Part shown: in pieces, positions 26,635-32,641 of the stretch
Numbering within the stretch: the stretch's first letter is position 1
Layout: the number at the start of each line of letters is the position of its first letter
Assembly (NCBI GenBank): GCA_947589625.1
Contig: CANQCM010000001.1
Coordinates: 1-32,641, forward strand
Length of the DNA stretch: 32,641 nt
DNA from: an uncultured Alphaproteobacteria bacterium
Lineage (GTDB): Bacteria > Pseudomonadota > Alphaproteobacteria > Rs-D84
Direction: 5' to 3'
The notes under the pieces: model-generated
The model's input: only the letters and a program-made list of their open reading frames with translations
Database searches by the model: none
Told to the model about the DNA's origin: nothing
Made by a program: the position numbers and the translations under genes

Positions 26635-27168
26635 ATGAAAATCGTTCTGGTATCTTGTTGTGCGCCGTGCAGTGCAGGCGCAATTCGGCAATTGAAAGAC
26701 GGCGAAATTGCAGATGTTTCTGATTTTGTCGTCATGTTTTTTAACCCTAATATTTACCCGTTTGACGAATATCAAAAACGATTAAACGAACAAATCAAAT
26801 ACTGTGAACAAAACGGTGTAAAATATGTAATTGGCGATTATGACCATGACGCATGGCGGCGCACAGTACAGGGCCTTGAAAACGAACCAGAACGCGGTGC
26901 GCGGTGCAGTGCATGTTTCGCATATCGTTTTTGTTTTGCAAAAAAATGGGCATTAGAAAACGGTTATGACGCAATCGCGTCTGTACTGGGTGTGTCGCGC
27001 CATAAAAATCAGGCACAAGTTGATAATGCGGCGACATCTGTGTGTGGCACAGAAATTAAATATTTGCCAATAAAATGGAATGAAAATCTACGACAAGAAA
27101 TCGGGCATAAATCTGATTTTTATCGTCAAAATTATTGTGGTTGCGAATTCAGTATTCGCAAACTATAA
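26635..27168 (+). CDS. queH: Epoxyqueuosine reductase QueH (DUF208)
   Basis: 177 aa with the characteristic Cys pattern CCAPCS ... CSACFAYRF ... YCGCEFS. Confidence 0.85.
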   Translation: MKIVLVSCCAPCSAGAIRQLKDGEIADVSDFVVMFFNPNIYPFDEYQKRLNEQIKYCEQNGVKYVIGDYDHDAWRRTVQGLENEPERGARCSACFAYRFCFAKKWALENGYDAIASVLGVSRHKNQAQVDNAATSVCGTEIKYLPIKWNENLRQEIGHKSDFYRQNYCGCEFSIRKL

Positions 27169-27197
27169 TGGCATTGAATAAAACAAAAGGTTTTACA

Positions 27198-28076
27198 ATG
27201 TCATCTATTCTTGTTTTCCCCGGTCAAGGTTCACAAACCGTTGGTATGGGGCGCGAATTATACGAAAATAATCCTGCAGCGCGTGCCGTTTTTGATGAAG
27301 TTGATGATGCACTGGGTCAGAAATTATCAGATATTATCTTTAATGGCCCAATGGAAGATTTAACCCTGACTGCAAATGTTCAGCCGGCGATTATGGCAAC
27401 ATCTATGGCGATGTTGCGTGCGTCTGGTGTTGAATTAACAGAATATGTTGCGGGTCATTCGTTGGGTGAATATACCGCATTATGTGCTGCAGGTGCGTTA
27501 TCTGTTGGCGATACGGCAAAATTACTGCGTACGCGTGGCGATGCGATGCAGGCGGCAGTGCCAGTTGGCATGGGGTTGACAGCTGTGATTCTGGGGCTGG
27601 ATATTGATACAGTGCGTCAAATTTGCCGTGACGCAGATGCTGATGTTGCAAATGACAATTGTCCAGGGCAAGTTGTGATTTCTGGTGCGCGCGGTGCGGT
27701 TGAACATGCGCTAGATATGGCAAAGTCTGCTGGGGCAAAACGCGCAATGCCGTTGCCATTGTCGGTGCCAGTACATTGTCGCATGCAAGAACCGGCGGTT
27801 GCTGCAATGCAGGCAATAATTGACGCCACAACAATCAAAACACCAAAGGCAAAAATTATTGCAAATAAAACTGCGGCACCAATGTCAGATGTTGATGAAA
27901 TTCGTGCTGAATTGGTTTATCAAATGACACACGGTGTGCGTTGGCGCGAAAGTGTCTTGGCAATGCACGAATTGGGTATTACTGAAATGATAGAAGTTGG
28001 ACCAGGCGCAGTATTAACAGGTTTAACACCGCGCATTTGCCCACAGATGACCGCAAGAAAATTGGAGGTACAATAA
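27198..28076 (+). CDS. fabD: Malonyl CoA-ACP transacylase
   Basis: Contains FPGQGSQTVGMG and active-site GHSLGEY. Start moved to ATG 27198 (AAAAGG RBS). The track's longer version overlaps queH. Confidence 0.92.
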   Translation: MSSILVFPGQGSQTVGMGRELYENNPAARAVFDEVDDALGQKLSDIIFNGPMEDLTLTANVQPAIMATSMAMLRASGVELTEYVAGHSLGEYTALCAAGALSVGDTAKLLRTRGDAMQAAVPVGMGLTAVILGLDIDTVRQICRDADADVANDNCPGQVVISGARGAVEHALDMAKSAGAKRAMPLPLSVPVHCRMQEPAVAAMQAIIDATTIKTPKAKIIANKTAAPMSDVDEIRAELVYQMTHGVRWRESVLAMHELGITEMIEVGPGAVLTGLTPRICPQMTARKLEVQ

Positions 28077-28300
28077 TGTCAATAAAAAAATGCTGTAAAT
28101 TTGACTATAACTGTCCGTATTATGACGATGAAACATCGTACTGTCTTGATATAAAAGATAACTATATTTGTCATAATAAAATAGATTGGAACAAACAGTT
28201 AAACGTTGAAGAAATTACAGTTGGACTGGTACAACACTTAAAACGCATTGAAAGACAAAATTCTGATTTGCTGAAATTAGTACGGCAACAACAAAAATAA
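28076..28300 (+). CDS. Small Cys-rich hypothetical protein (orf74) between fabD and fabG
   Basis: ATG 28076 overlaps the fabD stop (TAATG) and is preceded by a strong GGAGG (28064..28068). Sequence: MSIKKCCKFDYNCPYYDDETSYCLDIKDNYICHNK, followed by a helical/coiled-coil-like tail LVQHLKRIERQNSDLLKLVRQQQK. Very AT-rich. It lacks the ACP DSL motif. Confidence 0.6.
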   Translation: MSIKKCCKFDYNCPYYDDETSYCLDIKDNYICHNKIDWNKQLNVEEITVGLVQHLKRIERQNSDLLKLVRQQQK

Positions 28301-28312
28301 AAAGGAATTAAA

Positions 28313-29041
28313 ATGTTTGAACTGGATGGACGTGTGGCGTTAATTACCGGCGCAACAGGCGGAATCGGCGGCGCAATTGCAAATCAAATGCGCGCGGCCG
28401 GTGCAACTGTTGTTGTGTCTGGACGCAGTATGGATAAATTAAATGCGCAATTTGGCGATGAATTTATAAAAATTGCCGCAGATATTTCACAAGACGGCGC
28501 TGCGGAAAAATTAGTTTCTGACGCATTGGCGGCGGCTGGTAAAATTGATATTTTGGTCAATAATGCAGGCATTACCAAAGACGGATTGTTAATGCGTATG
28601 TCTGACGAACAATTTGATTCTGTGTTAAATACAAACTTGCGTGCGACTTTCAAAATGTGCCGTGCGGCAATTATGCCCATGATGAAGGCGCGTTTTGGTC
28701 GCATTATAAACATGGCATCAATCATCGGTGTTATTGGTGGCGCAGGTCAGGCAAATTATGCAGCGTCCAAAGGTGGCATGATTGCTATGACAAAATCAAT
28801 CGCAGCCGAGGTTGCATCCCGCAACATCACTGCAAATTGCATCGCGCCGGGATTTATTAAAACACCAATGACAGATGTTTTGTCTGATGAATTAAAGGCG
28901 GCATATCTGGCACAAATACCCGCAGGTCGTTTTGGTACACCTGATGATATTGCTGCCGCATGCGTGTTCTTGGCATCTGATGCGGCGTCTTATATCAACG
29001 GTCAAACATTAAATGTAAATGGTGCGCTGGGGCGTTTTTAA
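28313..29041 (+). CDS. fabG: 3-oxoacyl-ACP reductase (SDR family)
   Basis: Contains TGATGGIGGAIA, NNAG, and the catalytic motif YAASKGG (YxxxK). Lies in a fabD context. Confidence 0.9.
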   Translation: MFELDGRVALITGATGGIGGAIANQMRAAGATVVVSGRSMDKLNAQFGDEFIKIAADISQDGAAEKLVSDALAAAGKIDILVNNAGITKDGLLMRMSDEQFDSVLNTNLRATFKMCRAAIMPMMKARFGRIINMASIIGVIGGAGQANYAASKGGMIAMTKSIAAEVASRNITANCIAPGFIKTPMTDVLSDELKAAYLAQIPAGRFGTPDDIAAACVFLASDAASYINGQTLNVNGALGRF

Positions 29042-30690
29042 TGACCGCGTTTGATGTAATCGTTATTGGTGGCGGTCACGGCGGTGTCGAAGCGGCATGC
29101 GCATCTGCGCGTCGTGGTGCGAAAACATTACTTATTACCATGCGCGCCAGTGATATTGGCGCAATGTCTTGCAACCCCAGTATCGGTGGCCCAGGTAAAT
29201 CACAAATGATTGCAGAAATTGATGCAATGGGCGGTGTTATGCCCGTTGCCGCCGATGCCGCAGGAATACATTTCAGAACACTGAACGCATCGCATGGCGC
29301 GGCAACACAGGCACTGCGTGCGCAAATTGATCGCGAATTGTATCATAATGCAGTAATGGAAATTTTGCACAATACGCCAAATTTGACGGTTGTGTTTGAA
29401 CGCGTGAATGATATTGATTTAGAAAAATGTACTGTAAATAAAAACTATTCATCGCGTGCGATTGTTGTAACCACAGGCACTTTCTTGGGCGGACTGGTAA
29501 CGCGTGGTGCGGAAAAAATTCCGTCTGGGCGTATGCTGGACGATGGCACATATCAAGAAAATGATGGTACAATTTCTGGGCAATTAAAAAAATTAGGCTT
29601 TAATATTTTGCGCTTGAAAACAGGCACACCTGCGCGTATTTGGCGCGACAGTATCAATTTTGATGTATGTGAATTGCAACCTGGCGACATGCCGCACGAT
29701 TGGTTTTTTGCGCCAAATGAAAAAAATATTTATAATGCAGTATGCTATATCACACATACCACCGCGCAAACACATGAAATTATACGCGAAAATATTGCAA
29801 ATGCCCCAATGTATAATGGTGATATTGTGGGCACAGGCCCGCGTTATTGCCCAAGTCTGGAAGACAAGGTTATGCGTTTCCCAGAACACACATCACATCA
29901 TGTCTTTTTAGAACCCGAAGGTTTAACCAGTCCACTTATTTACCCTAACGGCATTTCAACCAGTTTTGGTGCAGATATTCAAGACAAATGGATTCGCACT
30001 ATTCCAGCCCTTGAAAATGCGCGTATTGCGCGTTATGGTTATGCAATTGAATATGACGCGATTGATGCGCGCGCGTTGAATAAAAATTTACAATCGCGCG
30101 AATTTCCGCATCTGTTTTTTGCTGGCCAAATAAACGGCACATCTGGTTATGAAGAAGCCGCCGCCCAAGGCATAATCGCAGGGGCAAATGCTGCGGCGTA
30201 TGCGTGTGGTATGTCGCCCGTTACATTGAACCGAACAAATGCAATGATTGGTGTGCTGATTGACGATATAACAACACTGGGCGTTGATGAACCGTACAGA
30301 ATGTTTACATCGCGTGCAGAATTTCGTTTAAGCCTGCGCGCAGATAACGCAATTGCGCGTCTGGGAAAAATGGCTGTGGCGGCAGGACTCATTACATCGG
30401 CGCAATATGATGAAAAATATGCCAGACACGCGGCGCAAATTGACCAAAATGACAAATTCTACGCAGGCTACATTGCCAGAAACGAACATGAAATCGCGGC
30501 ATATCTGCGCGATATGGAATTAAAAATTCCGCGTGATTTTGTATATGAAAATCTGCCGGGTCTGACCAATGAATTAATTGAAAAACTAACGCGCACCCGT
30601 CCAGAAAATATCGCCAGCCTGTCGCGCATACCTGGAATGACACCTGCAGGCATTATGATTGTGTTGCGCCGTATTCGCATGGGTAAATAA
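29041..30690 (+). CDS. mnmG: tRNA uridine 5-carboxymethylaminomethyl modification enzyme MnmG (GidA), short form
   Basis: FAD motif DVIVIGGGHGGVEAA, plus GQINGTSGYEEAAAQG, PYRMFTSRAEFRL, and C-terminal IPGMTPAGI. It is 549 aa, against about 620-630 aa for typical MnmG from memory. Confidence 0.9.
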   Translation: MTAFDVIVIGGGHGGVEAACASARRGAKTLLITMRASDIGAMSCNPSIGGPGKSQMIAEIDAMGGVMPVAADAAGIHFRTLNASHGAATQALRAQIDRELYHNAVMEILHNTPNLTVVFERVNDIDLEKCTVNKNYSSRAIVVTTGTFLGGLVTRGAEKIPSGRMLDDGTYQENDGTISGQLKKLGFNILRLKTGTPARIWRDSINFDVCELQPGDMPHDWFFAPNEKNIYNAVCYITHTTAQTHEIIRENIANAPMYNGDIVGTGPRYCPSLEDKVMRFPEHTSHHVFLEPEGLTSPLIYPNGISTSFGADIQDKWIRTIPALENARIARYGYAIEYDAIDARALNKNLQSREFPHLFFAGQINGTSGYEEAAAQGIIAGANAAAYACGMSPVTLNRTNAMIGVLIDDITTLGVDEPYRMFTSRAEFRLSLRADNAIARLGKMAVAAGLITSAQYDEKYARHAAQIDQNDKFYAGYIARNEHEIAAYLRDMELKIPRDFVYENLPGLTNELIEKLTRTRPENIASLSRIPGMTPAGIMIVLRRIRMGK

Positions 30691-30747
30691 TTTTCGTGTG
30701 CTTTTATACCTGTGGCGTGGGTTTATGTGTCGCACTAAACTGGGGTT

Positions 30748-31164
30748 ATGGCGCGCAAAAAGACAGATAAAATTCAATTTTTTGATACTGCGATTCAGGC
30801 AGGATTTCCCAGTCCTGCCGAAGATTATATGGCAACCCCAATTGATTTAAATCGCGAATTGATTTCGCATCCGTCATCAACCTTTATGGGGCGCGTTCGT
30901 GGCGACAGTATGCGTGACGCAGGTATTTTCACTGGCGACATAGTGATAATAGATAAATCTTTGCGCCCAAAATCAGGCGATATAGCGGTCTGTTTTATAG
31001 ACGGCGAATTCACAATCAAATATATAAAAATAGAATCGTCATCGGTGTTGCTGGTGCCTGCAAATCCAAATTATCCGACAATAACCGTTGGCACAGATAA
31101 TGATTTTATGATTTGGGGCGTGGTGACTTATTCTATACGCGCGCACCGCGGAAATAAAAAATGA
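30748..31164 (+). CDS. umuD: Translesion DNA polymerase V accessory subunit UmuD (S24 peptidase)
   Basis: AGFPSPAEDYMATPIDLNRELISHPSSTF aligns with E. coli UmuD [29 protein letters not shown]. It retains an Ala-Gly cleavage-site equivalent, the catalytic Ser (GDSM) and Lys (FTIKYI). Confidence 0.88.
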   Translation: MARKKTDKIQFFDTAIQAGFPSPAEDYMATPIDLNRELISHPSSTFMGRVRGDSMRDAGIFTGDIVIIDKSLRPKSGDIAVCFIDGEFTIKYIKIESSSVLLVPANPNYPTITVGTDNDFMIWGVVTYSIRAHRGNKK

Positions 31165-32414
31165 TTGGGTTGGCAGATTGCAATAATTTTTATGCCAGTT
31201 GCGAACGCGTCTTTAATCCGAACCTGCGTAATCGTGCCGTTGTGGTGTTGAGCAATAATGACGGTTGTGTTATTGCACGTTCGCCCGAGGCTAAAAACAT
31301 CGGCGTTCAGATGGGTACGCCTGCATTTCGTATCAAGAATTTGATTGATTCAGGCGATGTAGTTGCAATGTCGTCAAATTACACGCTGTATGGCGATATG
31401 TCGCGGCGAGTGATGAATATATTGTCTGAATTTGCACCAGATATTGAAATTTATTCTATTGATGAAGCATTCTTTGCGGTGCCAGACAACATAAACTATA
31501 AATCATTTGGCGACAAAATTGCGCGCACAATTACGCAATGCACAGGCATACCCTTGTCAATTGGAATTGCGCCAACAAAAACACTTGCCAAGGTTGCCAA
31601 TCACGCGGCGAAAAAATATCCTGGGTATAACCGCGTATGCGTAATTGCAACCGACGCCCAACGCGTACGCGCACTGCGCATTACGCCAATTGATGAAGTA
31701 TGGGGTATTGGACGGCGATATGCGGCGCGCCTGCGTGATATGGGGGTAAATACAGCATACGATTTTGCGAATATGGAACGCGCAACTGTGCGGAAAATGA
31801 TGACGATACTGGGCGAGAAAACATGGCGCGAATTAAACGGCATGCCGTGCATAGATATTGAAACGGTTGCCCCAGACAAACACCAGATTTGCACATCGCG
31901 CAGTTTTGGTGAAATGGTGCATACGCTGGACGAACTGGAACCAGCCATTGCAACATTTGCGTCGCGTGGTGCGGCAAAATTACGCGCACAAAAATTGTGC
32001 GCTGGCGCGGTTATGCCTTTTATCATGACAAACAGATTTCGTGACGATTTGCCACAATTGGTCGCCAGTAAAATTGTCGCCCTGCCCCAATATTCAGACG
32101 ACACGCGCGTTATCGTGCGCGCAGCACTGAACGGATTGCGCGAAATTTACCGCAATGGTTTTTTATATAAACGCGCAGGTGTAATTTTATCAGAACTAAC
32201 ACCGCGTACGGCGCGCCAACTAGATTTATTTACTAAAACTTATTCAGACGAAAAATTGATGCCAGCCATAGACAAATTAAATAAAAAATTTGGACGCGAC
32301 ACATTGCGCACTGCCGCAGAAATCACCGACAACAAATGGCGCATGCGCCGCGAAAACCTGAGTCCTGAATTCACCACCGACATAAACCAAATAATCACAA
32401 TCATATGCGAATGA
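31161..32414 (+). CDS. umuC: Translesion DNA polymerase V catalytic subunit UmuC (Y-family)
   Basis: Contains DCNNFYASCERVF and SIDEAF. 417 aa. Its start has an ATGA overlap with the umuD stop. Confidence 0.92.
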   Translation: MIGLADCNNFYASCERVFNPNLRNRAVVVLSNNDGCVIARSPEAKNIGVQMGTPAFRIKNLIDSGDVVAMSSNYTLYGDMSRRVMNILSEFAPDIEIYSIDEAFFAVPDNINYKSFGDKIARTITQCTGIPLSIGIAPTKTLAKVANHAAKKYPGYNRVCVIATDAQRVRALRITPIDEVWGIGRRYAARLRDMGVNTAYDFANMERATVRKMMTILGEKTWRELNGMPCIDIETVAPDKHQICTSRSFGEMVHTLDELEPAIATFASRGAAKLRAQKLCAGAVMPFIMTNRFRDDLPQLVASKIVALPQYSDDTRVIVRAALNGLREIYRNGFLYKRAGVILSELTPRTARQLDLFTKTYSDEKLMPAIDKLNKKFGRDTLRTAAEITDNKWRMRRENLSPEFTTDINQIITIICE

Positions 32415-32443
32415 AAATCAGTATGCAATATGTTGTATTTATT

Positions 32444-32471
32444 TTGATTTTTATAATTTTTAGTGTAGAAT
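32444..32471 (+). promoter_or_regulatory. Promoter-like element TTGATT-N16-TAGAAT facing the structured region at the window end
   Basis: Hexamers at 32444..32449 and 32466..32471. No annotated gene follows within the window. Confidence 0.3.
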
Positions 32472-32503
32472 ATCAAATGACATGGCAAATGTCGTGTTGG
32501 GCG

Positions 32504-32632
32504 TCAGAACCCTTGAATGTATTGTGTCCGCGGGGACATTAAACACCCTCAGCCCCTTTTTGGGTTGGAGGGTGGCGAATATAAAGAATAAGCCCGCTAT
32601 TTTCAATACATTATAGTTCTGAACCTCCAACC
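32504..32632. other. Nested imperfect palindrome: candidate structured ncRNA or REP/MITE-like element
   Basis: Outer arms TCAGAAC (32504..32510) and GTTCTGA (32616..32622). Inner arms AATGTATTG (32516..32524) and CAATACATT (32604..32612). Internal hairpins are GTCC-GCGG-GGAC (32527..32538) and CACCCTC...GAGGGTG (32544..32574). An alternative 9-bp pairing exists between GGTTGGAGG (32563..32571) and CCTCCAACC (32624..32632). Confidence 0.45.
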
Positions 32633-32641
32633 ACCAACCTT

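Noticed and set aside
30691-30747. Search for a LexA/SOS operator upstream of umuD.
   Set aside because: No CTGT-N8-ACAG or GTTC-N7-GTTC pattern is present. TGTG/CTGTG fragments occur but form no convincing palindrome or direct repeat, so no operator feature is reported.
32423-32542. A 39-codon plus-strand ORF (MQYVVFILIFIIFSVEYQMTWQMSCWASEPLNVLCPRGH) after umuC that looks like a small hydrophobic peptide or type I toxin.
   Set aside because: There is no SD before the ATG. The hydrophobic stretch comes from the T-rich promoter-like DNA, and the ORF ends inside the palindromic structure. Evidence is insufficient to call it a gene, though small-protein profiling could revisit it.
32504-32641. 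Possible tRNA, two-piece tmRNA, RNase P RNA or SRP RNA at the right edge.
   Set aside because: No cloverleaf could be built, because there is no T-loop GTTCRANYC flanked by a proper stem and no acceptor/CCA arrangement. The RNase P signature GAGGAAAGUCC is absent, as are an SRP domain IV GNAR loop and a tag-peptide reading frame.

Overview
The window is a compact, AT-rich chromosomal segment with almost no intergenic space. It looks like a reduced-genome, probably intracellular alphaproteobacterium (Rickettsiales/Holosporales-like). That placement is inference from a Cys-less L36, an orphan virB3-virB4 pair, a Pmp/autotransporter-like surface protein, and many overlapping stop/start codons. 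About 85% of the window is recognisable housekeeping. On the minus strand, mreC-mreD-mrdA-rodA-topA-dnaG form one coupled block. The plus strand carries rpmI-rplT-pheS-pheT. accB-accC and rnpA-yidD lie on the minus strand. On the plus strand again come mreB, then tRNA-Val(GAC), then a coupled block metG-orf177-queH-fabD-orf74-fabG-mnmG, then umuD-umuC. Accessory-looking content at the left end comprises a truncated secreted repeat protein, gadB, virB3-virB4 plus a secreted HExxH protein, an rpmJ gene missing from the ORF track, and a short SufD-like protein. I saw no transposase, integrase, CRISPR array or recognisable defence genes. The signals most worth follow-up are listed here. (1) Ten copies of a 9-bp motif, TTTCAACA(G/A), form a phased array in the virB3/rpmJ divergent promoter region. 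(2) A secreted HExxH protein is translationally coupled behind virB4, in the position VirB5 normally occupies. (3) A 5-codon mini-ORF (M-R-M-Q-M) plus a GC palindrome sit in front of metG. (4) Two AT-rich orphan ORFs are wedged into a coupled housekeeping operon; one is a 74-aa Cys-rich protein between fabD and fabG. (5) A promoter-like element followed by a roughly 120-nt nested palindromic structure lies at the right edge. None of these amounts to a demonstrated new system; all functional readings are hypotheses.
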